Assembly: GCA_900088475.1 (NCBI GenBank)
Contig: FLMG01004315.1
Location: 6,353-70,352 of the forward strand
Reading direction: 5' to 3'
From: Hyphochytrium catenoides
Lineage: Eukaryota > Protista > Hyphochytriomycota
DNA: 64,000 bases
Part shown: positions 13,366-23,741 of the stretch, piece after piece
How the letters are laid out: the number at the start of each line of letters is the position of its first letter
Position numbering within the stretch: position 1 is the stretch's first letter
Made by a program: the position numbers and the translations under genes
Notes under the pieces: model-generated
Told to the model about the DNA's origin: nothing
What the model saw: the letters and a program-made list of their open reading frames with translations, nothing else
The model's database searches: none

Positions 13366-14361
13366 CTAAGCAGACTCCTTCTTCTCTGCAGCGCGCTTCT
13401 TGCGGATACCGACCAGGCGGGCATCGGAGCGAGCAAGGCGCAGAGTCTTGTGAGCGTTGAATTGCTACAATAAAAGGAAAGGTTAGAGTTCTGAGCTAAG
13501 TAATTTAGGCGACCGGCATATGCAGCAGATGCTGAAGAGATTTAAGGAAATGGACGACCAACCCGACATCCGAACTACTTTCTAACCTCACAGACTGACA
13601 CAGACCAATAATCTGCGATAAATAAGAGCTTCGTTCACGCTGAAAAAAAGTTCAAGTGGCAACTCTCGGCTGGAAGACATACCTTGTGCTCATCGGTGAG
13701 CTCAGCCACCACGGACTTCTTAGAGTTCTTGACAGGGAAGACGGCACCAGCCAGCTGCTGGGCGGTTGAGGTCTCCTCAACAGAAGAGTCACCCTTCTTA
13801 GGCTTCTGGTTGCTGCCGCGAGGGAAGACAACAAGCTTGGCCTTGTAAGCCTTCAGGCGCTGTACATTGGCGCGGAGAGACTCCGCAGACTTGTTGGTTC
13901 TGCGGTGGTCTACGGCAATGCCAATAGTGCGAGCTACGTGCTTGCTGATGCCAGCCTCCTATCAATCCACAAGAGTCAAGGATGACGTTAGCAAGGCAAA
14001 AAGAGAGAAGTAAACATCCCAAAATGTCGAACCTTGAGCTCCTGAAGAGTAAAGCCACGGCCAGCGCGGATCTTTGAAGAATATCTCTGGGTCTGGCTGT
14101 GGACAACAGGACGAAGAGGGCCAGCAGCTGGGCGAGGGGCAATCTGAGCAGCCTTTGCCTTCCTCTTCAGTCTGCGAGACTTCTTCTTGCCGGGCTGTGA
14201 AGGAGCAGCGCAAGCAGCGTCATATAGGAATGAGCTATGGGTTCTCAAACAACTGGCACATTTGACAAAAGTAGAGTGCGTACCTGGTCAAACCAGGTCT
14301 TCACCCGCAGCTGCCACTGCTTGTGGAAGTGGTTGTTCGGGATGACGTTGTTGTGCTTCAT
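13366..14361 (-). CDS. RPL13: 60S ribosomal protein eL13 (L13e)
   Basis: Four coding exons (14361-14284, 14194-14033, 13958-13683, 13464-13366) give 204 aa: [27 protein letters not shown]...[16 protein letters not shown]...[13 protein letters not shown]...[14 protein letters not shown]...; AATAAA about 60 nt downstream. Confidence 0.97.
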
Positions 14362-14429
14362 CTTTCAGTCTGAGCCAACAAAAGACGACAGTGAGGGATC
14401 GCCAATAGAGTAAGCGCCTCTACAAAGCT

Positions 14430-14535
14430 ATATGTGGCCCTATTGCTCAAAGCCCCAAAGTGAGGATATTGGCGTTAAGAACACAGGCCAACAATTTTTG
14501 AGAGCTCAGGATAAGAAGAGGCAATCAGCTCCCCT
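14430..14535 (-). ncRNA. Candidate box H/ACA snoRNA in the putative RPL13 5'-UTR intron
   Basis: Short hairpin (GGGGAGCT...AGCTCTC), A-rich hinge (AAAAAT, imperfect H box), then a long hairpin GGCCTGTGTTC...GAGCAATAGGGCC followed directly by ACA-TAT. Target not established. Confidence 0.35.
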
Positions 14536-14609
14536 TAATGCCAAACCCCACATAGGTCTTCTCCTTCACCCTAAACAGCTCGTTGCTACCAATCTCCGCG
14601 TCATCGTAC

Positions 14610-14629
14610 CTTGATCTCCGCCAAAAGAG
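14610..14629 (-). promoter_or_regulatory. Putative non-coding first exon of RPL13 starting with a TOP/TCT-like oligopyrimidine
   Basis: Minus strand reads CTCTTTTGGCGGAGATCAAG|GTACGA (donor 14609). Acceptor ...tcttttgttggctcAG at 14370 lies 8 nt before the ATG. Confidence 0.5.
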
Positions 14630-15421
14630 TGAGCAGCTCTGCTGAAGCCCAATGAATTATCCGCAGATCAGCGGCACTTCTTTCGCTCGGTGGCGCAGAT
14701 TGCCGGCCACTCCTTTCACTCCAATGATTTTGATGGCGCAATAATAGGCCCCGCTTATAGAGGAACAACAGGCAAAGAATTATTACTATCCCCTTGATAG
14801 CCTTTATAAACGAGTTTTACTTCAGACCAATGTTTCAACTGTTGCGATGGAATGTTTCACTCTACAATCTTCAGCGGTCATTGCTGCCATTGGTCGGCTT
14901 CAGATTTAACGAAGGCTTAGTCAGGGGAAGGCTAGCGTTTGGAGACCTTACAGATTTGAAACTTTCCTGCTTTTGGAGCAATTGGTTGGCAGGGCTTCAG
15001 GATAATTCCTTCTGAATAACCTCCAAAATTGGATCAACATTCATAATAGCACACGCCTTCCGTCTCAAATAGAATGCGGTACTACTACGCCAAGAATGTC
15101 AGAGAGCTTGAGGTAGGTAGAGCGCTCCGACTATTATTGCTCCTTATGTCCTTGGTGAAGGGAGATTGAGTGGCTGCTGGTCACGATCAACACAGGAGAG
15201 GAAGAAGTTCATCAATCAAAACAAAGTGAGGAGACAGAGCGGAGTGAAGGTAGACAGAGCAAGAGTTATTTTGGTTTTTATTGAGGTTTGGCAGAGCGAG
15301 ATACGGAGGGGATAACAGGAGAGATGAGCCTTGAAAGTAAAAGAGATCTCTGAACTCTTTGCCTTGTAGACTCACAATACTTTCTGGTGATCAGCCTCCA
15401 GACGAGCTTCACAGAGAAATC

Positions 15422-16550
15422 ATGGAGTCCAGCAAGGTTCAGTCCGTACAGGTCTTTGGCAGGAAGGTGAGTCGTTATCCTTACGAGGCTTATTAGTGAA
15501 TGCCTGTGATTGAAGCAGAGGAGTGATCATGATGCTTCCTCCTTCTGAGCAGAAGAATGCCACTGCAGTAGCTTACTGCAAGGCAGGCCACGGCGTTCTC
15601 CGTGTAAATGGCCGCCCCATTGAGCTCGTTGAGCCTGAGACTCTAAGGATGAAGGCCTACGAGCCCGTCCTTCTCCTTGGTCAGCAGAGATTCGCCAATG
15701 TGAGTATCCGCCGCGCCATGAACATCTTTAGTGACTTTAAGTGTGGAAGTCCATCTCGTCACCGTTGGAAGGCTTAATGGTCACAATCGAACGATGGTCC
15801 TCGTCCGCTACACGTCAATGCCAGTTTGAGGATGTGCCCTCGCTCCGCCTCACCAGTGTGCACGAAAGTGCTGTTTTCGCCTTTATGAACCTTCGACTCA
15901 TCGGGTGTGCATTTTTCTTGCGGGAATGCATTCGCATTCTCTGCTCGGATTATGCTGTTTTCTTTGTATTATAGGTCGACATCCGCCTTCGTGTTAAGGG
16001 AGGAGGACAGACGGCACAGATCTACGGTTAGTGCATCCTTCAATGTTGGACACATAGGATTGCACTTGCTAATTCCCTGCATTTATTCACGTGTTTGCAG
16101 CTATTCGTCAAGCTATCGCGAAGGCGCTTGTTGCCTACTATCAGAAGTGTAAGTTCACCTACTATGTGAAGCTTCCTTTCGCTTTCTTTTCTTCTCAACC
16201 TGTCCTTATCCATTATTCATGATAAGAGGGTGAGGAAGTGCCAAGGATGGTTATTTAAAGTTTGAGATCATATGTCACATATATGACAACGTCATGCTGA
16301 GGCCTGATATCATCTTCGCCCTTGTCTCAACTTCCTGCTCTCTCCTCGCAGTTTACACCAGCTTGCATATAGCCTAACCTCTTCCCCTTGTGCGCATCTT
16401 GTAGACGTTGACGAGGCCTCCAAGAGAGAGATCAAGGAGATCCTCCTTGCCCACGACCGCACTCTTCTCGTCGCTGATCCCCGCCGCCGGGAGCCCAAGA
16501 AGTTCGGCGGTCCCAGCGCCAGAGCTCGCTACCAGAAGTCCTACCGTTAA
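15422..16550 (+). CDS. RPS16: 40S ribosomal protein uS9 (S16)
   Basis: Five exons (15422-15466, 15553-15699, 15975-16026, 16101-16148, 16405-16550) give 145 aa: [17 protein letters not shown]...[20 protein letters not shown]...[27 protein letters not shown]. Confidence 0.98.
16240..16303 (+). ncRNA. Candidate intronic box C/D snoRNA with an antisense guide to LSU rRNA (RPS16 intron 4)
   Basis: GCC/GGC terminal stem, degenerate box C (AGGATGG) and box D CTGA (16297-16300). ATTTAAAGTTTGAGA (16253-16267) is the exact reverse complement of the conserved LSU segment UCUCAAACUUUAAAU. Confidence 0.65.
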
Positions 16551-16880
16551 GCGTCGGGCGGAGGGCCCTCTGGGGCTGCACCTGCGCTCCGTTGCTTGGA
16601 TCTGGGCTGTGTTATATATGGCATTCTTCTGTGCAGTGGAGGGGCTATTTAGCTGTCATAGCTATAAATAAATCACCTGATCACCCTGCGAAGTCTCATC
16701 AATCTTGCATGACCCTTCTCATTTAGTTTTTAACGTCGGCCTTCTCCCCCCTATCATCGCACGGTCTGCTAAAGAGGACGTACATACCACTCGATGCAAT
16801 GACGGTAGAAAACGGGGATACTTTAGACATAACATAGCACACAGATTCAGATAGATCTACATCGCGTTCAGTCGTCTCCT

Positions 16881-19800
16881 TCAGTCTGACACGGGGTCCT
16901 CCTCATCCGAGTAGATGGTTCTGTGGGGACATTTCGAAGCCTTGTGGCCTTGCTCCATACAATTATCGCAAAGATCTTCAACCTTCTTATCGTCCTCTTC
17001 TGGTTCAATGGAAGATATATACGTAAGGAACTTGTACAGAAGGAAGCTGTTCATCTGTTAATGCTGCCGATTGCAGGTTCAAGGCTTCCTACCTTCTTCC
17101 TCATCGCTGGTGTCCAAGTCCTCGGTGCCAAGTATAACAGCTTCTTGGCGGACGGTAACCTCCTCTTCAGCTTGCACTCTCTTCTGCCACTGTTCCCGTT
17201 CGTCAGCTGTAAGGAGGCCAGGAGTATCGACTATTCTCGATAGCAGTCGCTCCAGATGCATGGATCGTATGGGCGGAGCTTGATTTCTTATTCGACATAT
17301 TGGACAGTAAGGGTCCTTCTCTAGCGCTTGCGATATACACGATAGGCTGGCAGAGGTTTGACCAGGAAATAGTATGGAGTTCGTCAGATCACAGAGGGCA
17401 ATTGGGACGAGCGAAAACATGAAGCGCATAAGTTTGGTGAAGGACACCGCCTTCAACGAGGGCAGAACAGCGAACATTCATCAAGCTCAAGAGTCGTACT
17501 TGCTAAAATGGCAGAGCTGAGGAAGAATCTATGCAATAGAATCAAGAGCATGTCGGGAGCTGAAGCAACAAGTGGATAACACTCTGAGGGGAACGTAAAA
17601 GTCAGGGCAAGCACTCTTAGAACACTCCATCCTTACCAGTAGCCGTGGGAGCACGGAAGAATGGCTGGATTGAGAAGCAGCCCACTACAGAGACTGCACG
17701 ACAGATCCGTCTTCAGGCCCTTCATCATCCGTTCTGTCTCCTCCTGGGCCTAGCAGAGTACAGAGAGGGTAAGCAAGCTACTTTGTCTCACAGGAAGTTG
17801 GCCATACAACGTGGCATCGAAAAGTGGAGATGGTGATCGGGCTTCATAAGTTAGACTTGAGCTAATACAGTCACTAAGCATGTATCGCATGGATTGATAT
17901 AGGTCATGGCAGAGGAAGTCTTACCTTAGATTCCTTAGATTCCATAGAAAGTGTTGACTGTTTTGTTAAGGGCGCCGTGGGAAGAACCTTTTGAGAGGTC
18001 GCTGTCTAAAATAAGTGGACAAAGACTGATTAGACAGAGGGAAAAGACAAACATTCTCACAAATTAACGCACCTTAGTTCGCGGCAGAACTGAGGACATA
18101 GGTGATGCTAAAGCTCGTGGCTGGTTGGATGCCGTCGTCGAGTCTGCAGCAGAGACCGGCGAACCGGCGTTTGCTTCAGCGCTGCAATACGTAGTCTGAG
18201 GAGCCTGGCCATCCTGCTTCTGTTCACTCTTTACTGGGGAGGCATCGCTTACTGATGTCACTTTTATCCTTCTTTGCGGTGATGTGGGGCTTGGCATTCG
18301 TGGTTCTTCGTTTCTCTTTGTTCTACTCCGTTTTCTTGACGGCTCAGGAGTATGAGAAGCTACCTCAGCAAGTACGCGTAGCCTTTCATTGCTCTTTGAG
18401 AGCTCTTCTGGGCTACCGGATGATGTTGCTTTCTCTAGAATCTTTTTCCTAGGAGTTCCGTTCTCCATCGGCTTGAAGGGCTCTCTCCTGTCATTATTGG
18501 GTTGTGGGCTTTTCAACTTACTTCTACTTTCCTATTGAAGAAGCATTAGCTAAGCGACTGAGGAAACCTTCGATTTCCCTTGTGCAAACCCGACCTCTAG
18601 AGTGTCCTTAATAGTCTCTAGCCTTGCATGATCTCTGAATCAGCTTCGTCTAGTCTCATTTACTATCATGTCCATTGAGCTAGTGTCTTACCTCCTTTCT
18701 TTCCTTTCTATAGCGAGATCCTTCCGATTTCTCAGTGCTGTCATTAGGCGATTTCTCAGTGCTGTCATTAGGAGTGCTCTGAGCTTGACCTATTCTGAAC
18801 CTAAGCGCAATCTTTGACGGCCATTCCACATACGAGCCGAGAGCTATCTGTGGGCCACCACCGAAGTGAATCACAGAACTGTCCCTGAAGTTTTGGTGAG
18901 CGGCAAGAAAGTGAAGCCTCAGACATAGACAAGCAGCACGAAGAAGATTTAAGAGAGTTGGTCAAGGTAAGATCTACGTGGTAGATAGGCAGAAGGCAAT
19001 CTCCGTAATGAGCCGGCTTAGCAGAAGCGGCACAGGAGGGAGCGTTAAGTCGCCGAAAAATAAAAGGCAGAGGGAAGAGCCCTTTGAGGAAGAAAAGAGA
19101 GATCTGGTATGCTATTTTTCCAAGGGAAACGTACTCAAGTCTTGCCTCTTTCACTTTCACGTGATCCACAAAGAGACCATTCGTTGACTGGGAAAAGGAT
19201 GCAGTCATGAGCTTCTAATTCACAAAAGAATGAAGACAAAGACATGATAACTGCGTAGATAGGGCAGGCTGAGACAGAGAGAGGGAAAGAGAGAAAAGAG
19301 AGAGAGTAAGAGAGAGAGAGAGAGAGAAAGGCTCTAGAAGGGAGAGAAAAAGGTTCTAGTACGAGAAGACGCTGGCAAGTCTTGAGAGGACAAAAGAACG
19401 ACGGCAAAGAAGAGGGGCGGCGGCGAGTAGCAGCGGAAAGCAGACAGAAAGTGGCAGCCCAGGAAGATCAAAGCATGAGGCTCTCGTTCTACTCACTTCC
19501 AGGTCCTCGATGACCCACATGACCTTTCTCGGATCTGCGGGATGTAAACGCCTCTTGACAATAGCGGCATGCGTCCTGTGATGAAGGGGGTTTGATGAGA
19601 CTGAGAGGACTAAGTGATCAGACCAAACTAGCTCCACCTCGACAGGATCTTCTGCTCCGAGCCTGCGTCAAGATGAACATCTACTGTCTTCCGATGTCTT
19701 CCGATTAACGTCTGTAGAGTGACACAAGTCTTAGTCTCCGGAGAGAGTGCTTTTGGTGCACATCAGCAAAGAAGGGCATACTCTATCCTTTTCTAGAACA

Positions 19801-19934
19801 TAAGGACTGGGATGTATCTTGAAGACAGCTCGCTGTCCCGGCGGAGTAATAACTTCTAGATAGGCATGAGACTGGTCCCGCACGCCTGTGCTCGGCAGGG
19901 AATGACTACTCTTCATCACTTCCTGCGGCCCCAT
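16881..19934 (-). CDS. FHA + C3HC4 RING + CCHC zinc-knuckle protein (RNF8/CHFR/Dma1-like E3 ubiquitin ligase)
   Basis: Spliced FHA: TLIGRHRKTVDVHLD...LSR|THAAI...WVIEDLE|STNGLFVD...VIHFG. S/P-rich linker at 18064-18516. RING: CSLC...LPCSHGYC|LSC...CPIC. Last exon CDNCMEQGHKASKCP (CX2CX4HX4C), TGA at 16881. Start at 19934 or 19916. Confidence 0.85.
18725..18772. repeat. Perfect 24-bp in-frame tandem duplication (PNDSTEKS x2) in an FHA-RING gene exon
   Basis: cgatttctcagtgctgtcattagg x2. Confidence 0.9.
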
Positions 19935-20282
19935 CCTAACAATTGCCTAACTGACCGCCTTCGAAGCGGGCGAGACCACCTGGCCTTTGCCGGCGTCTCT
20001 GCAAACAAGTCCCTTCTCCCTATCTCACAATCCTCCACCGGACTCGACGACAACAAACTCAAAGTAAGAAGGCTCAGACAAGCATCGAACTGTAGGTGTC
20101 TCTCATTGTTGTCCTGCGCGCAAAGTCCCTTGAGCCGGTGTAGGAAGTTCTCAGGACAATTGAGCACGATAGCAAAGGCCTTTTGGCGGGAGATCAACCG
20201 CTTTCTTCCGTTAGCGGTATATCTAGAGCCGCTGACGGCATTATTGAGCCTTTTGGATGCAGATTTGTGTTCTGAACTTCGG

Positions 20283-23200
20283 ATGTATGAAAATCCACCA
20301 GGAATCTTCAGATTGGCGGTTATTGCGCTGTTATTGCGGCTGAGGGATGTTCGCTCCTTACGCATTGCCTTGACTGCTTTACTTGATACCAGGGGTGGAC
20401 TGATAGCGTGGATCGCCAGGTTGGGCGGAGAGATGGGCCCTTCCTTGGAAGCCCAGCCGTGCGATGAGTTTATTCGTATTTGCAGTAGGAGTACAACGTT
20501 GGCCTTGAAGTACATTCGAGGTGGGTTAGGCTCTGAAGAAATGATAGCAGACTCTGGGCCTGCGGCTAATCACATTAAACAGAGAACCGCCACCTCGTGA
20601 CGCAAATTCTGGCGTACCTCTCGAAAGCCAACGCAGTTCCTAATCTTATAGACGCCGAGACTCGATGGATTAGGTACTAGATATATGCTTCATTTATCAA
20701 GAGCTGTTTCTGAGCTTCACTGGTGTTTAGGACCATTCGCCTCAACCACCTTCCAATCAACTTCCAGCGGAACTTCCTGACCCTAGTCTCAATAGATAGC
20801 TCGCTGCTGCCGTGTCGGGAAATAAAGCAGCTATTGTTGGATTATGCTGTAGATCTAGGGCAGAGTAACCCTTCTAATTGCCAGGATCTGCGCACCAATA
20901 TTGCCGACTCTTGGTGCTGGAACTTATGGTTGTGCCTGAACGATGAACACCAGCTCCTAAATGAAGAGCAGGTTCATCTCATACATGAGAAAGTGTGGAA
21001 AGCGGAGCCACTGGCCGCTGTCTTTTCTAGCCGACAAGATCAGAACTCCCAGCAAGAAGCCCAGGTCGCGGATGCTCCCTTGGTGGCTCACTCTTTTGAG
21101 GTATTCAACCATACAAACATTATGCGAAGTGCAGTGGCCAGTGGACTTAACTGGTCGTGGCAATGGTTAGCATATGCCAGATGTGCCGTGGTTGGGTTCC
21201 TCTGTTGGGCCAATACAATCTCAGCCATCACAAGGGGTTGGACTGAAGCGAAAGCGTGATGACGAGGTGGGACAGCCACCAATGCCTGCTTCACTGCTTG
21301 AGGAGGAGAACGAGGACGCGAAAGAGCAGGAGGGTAACTCTGAAGGCACAGACGTTGGGCCAGGTATGGAAAAGAGGCACTAAGAAGTTGGTCAAGTCTG
21401 TCCTCTGATCGCCAAGGAGTCTAACGCTTCTTCGTGACTCTAGTATCTACTCCTGAGAGCGTGCGTACCCTGAACTTAGAGGTAAAAACAAATTGTCAAC
21501 CCCTTAGGCTGTGCTTCTTGGACTGACAATGGCTCTGGCACCTGATAGCTGCAGAGAAAGCTAGACAAACTAAGGCTGCTCCTGTCCTCTGTGGATGTAC
21601 ATGCCCCTGGCAATGAGGTTGGTTACCGACCGGTCTTGTGACCTGCCTGGTCATGATCTTCTTAAGACAAACCTGATAAAGATGTTTGCTGCTACTGCCG
21701 TTCCTGGTTATCCACCTGTCCAAGGACGGGAAGTATCATTCAGCCACAACTCCATTGGCGCTCTTTCACGTCCAGTGATCTCTACATGGATGACAGGTCC
21801 AAAGCGCTAGCGAACAATTACTAGAGTTCCTCTCCACGGCTGAGCAAGAGTCGGTCTTGGAGGTGGCCATGTCTAGGCTGATGCTGCACACGCTAACGGA
21901 TGAGGTCTGTCTGGCGCTCACGACGTAAGTGTCGACACTAACCACCTGTAAAGCAGGTGGTGTCTCACTCTCTGCAAAATGCAAGTTAAGCCTTCTTCTG
22001 TATGCCGCGCGAATCCCTTTTGCTCGCTGCAGTAAGGTCGTCGATATAAATGCTAATTTTGAGCTTTGTCTGAACTTTGTCCGATGGGCTCTATTCGAGA
22101 AAGTAAGTGGACGCCCAGAGGACTTAAACCGCTGTTGCTTTTGTTGTTTCTACGTCAACAAGTGAATACTCCCTTGTACGGCACACTCCTCCAGGCAGCG
22201 TTTCTGTCTTTTACATTTTCCTGGGAGTTGCCCAGGCTATAATCTCCGCTCTACTGCTTCATTTTGCGGCCAATTCCCTTTAGGAGTCCTGCATTGGAAG
22301 CAAAACTGAGTTCTCGCAAACTTGCAGGTCCGTCTTTTGGAGTCTCCGGCCTCCCGTATCCTTATGCAAGCTATCACGCACACGGGTACCGTGCACCCGA
22401 AGGTAAGAAAGCAGTGCTTGCGAAATTGCTCAACTGAAAAATAAAATCTTGGCCGCTAGGCTGTTGTCGATGCGCTTATAGTTCCAGTCATGCAACTACC
22501 ACATTCTGTTCTGGGATCAGTTCAATGTGAAGTGGTAGTACGCCTGATTCGGGAAGCACTAAGGAAGTAAGACAGTAGCAATATTGTCCATCCCTTTCAA
22601 GTTGGTCCCCGTCGGCCCTTTCTTTCGCAAAGCTATTCCTATGATAGACATATTCTTTCGCAACTCTTCCCTTTGATAACACTTGTCTTTCTAGTAAGGA
22701 TCAAACCTGTGGCTAAATGCACTCCTTGCAAGGATATAGGACTAACACTCTCTTACAGAGAAGAGCTTCCATCAGTCTTAGAAAGAGTTCTGCTATCTTC
22801 ATCCACACAAGATAGTGCTGAAGAGACTGAACCCCCGCTAAATGAGGTCCAACTACCAGTTTACCAGCAATTTCTTAACATGAAGGTGCCCTTGGGTCAG
22901 GTAATATGCTACAACTGAGGGAAGAGCGAACGCCTAATTTAGCGTGGCACAGCAATAACTTTCTAAACTCCTTCATTGCGCCACCATTGTAATCGCGCAT
23001 ATTAAGAAGCGAACTTCTTGCTCCGATCCTACGCCCTCATTGTTCTGGTTCTCTCTCTCCTGTCTCTTTTCTCACCTTTCATCTCACTTTTTCATGTGCC
23101 AATGGTCTTTAGGAAGCTCTGATTGCATTAATTGAAAAGCTGGATGTCGCTTCCCAGCATCATGGCTTCGGCGCCTCTGTGAAGTTTTGCAACCTTGCCT

Positions 23201-23527
23201 TCGCACTCATAACAAAGTATCCCTCTCAGGTAGAACCGCGCAAGCAATCTCACAGACAGCTTTCTTAGTCCTTGTCTCACTTCTGTCTATATTTGACCAA
23301 ATGCTGGCTTCTGTCGGCTCCTTTATCATCACTTTGCTCTGGACAGAGCTTTTTACGAAAAGAAAATAGTCACATCCAAACCCAGGCCCGCCTTTCATCA
23401 TTGTAGCTTGTACTAACCGTTAGATGTTTAGATTCAGCCATATCAAGGAGCTCTGAGGCAGATTCTAAGCAGGTGTACGGGCATGATGGCGAAAGCCGCC
23501 CTGAAGGCGCTAGACAAGCCACGCTGA
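20283..23527 (+). CDS. FANCE: Fanconi anemia group E protein homolog, multi-exon (start codon uncertain)
   Basis: LNHLPINFQRNFLTLV resembles the FANCE N-terminal LLRLPRICQRNLMSLL. C-terminal exons LIEKLDVASQ...SVKFCNLAFALITKYPSQ|IQPYQGALRQILSRCTGMMAKAALKAL match the FANCE C-terminal domain pattern. TGA at 23525-23527. Confidence 0.75.
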
Positions 23528-23741
23528 CAACCGTATCGCACAGGGCTTAGTGTTCGTTAAGGTGGTCAATGCCGCAACGATCACTGCATGCTAAGGGTAT
23601 AAAAATCCCAGGAAACCAGTACTTCTTAGATAACGGGCATATAAATAAGTTAACCACAAATGCTCGCCTGTATCACAGCTCTTATCGTCACCGTCTGCTC
23701 CTTCCTTCGCAACGACTCGCTTGCCTCCTAAGTTGCACTAT

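Noticed and set aside
15350-15370. CTCTTT as a TOP start for RPS16
   Set aside because: Equally explained as the polypyrimidine tract of a 5'-UTR intron acceptor (ctctttgccttgtAG); cannot be resolved from sequence.
15750-15935. Hairpins in RPS16 intron 2, including GCAC-GAAA-GTGC, as a possible snoRNA
   Set aside because: No correctly placed C/D or H/ACA boxes and no rRNA complementarity found.
19916-20515. 199-aa minus-strand ORF between the FHA-RING gene and FANCE
   Set aside because: Antisense shadow of the FANCE 5' region; no motifs.
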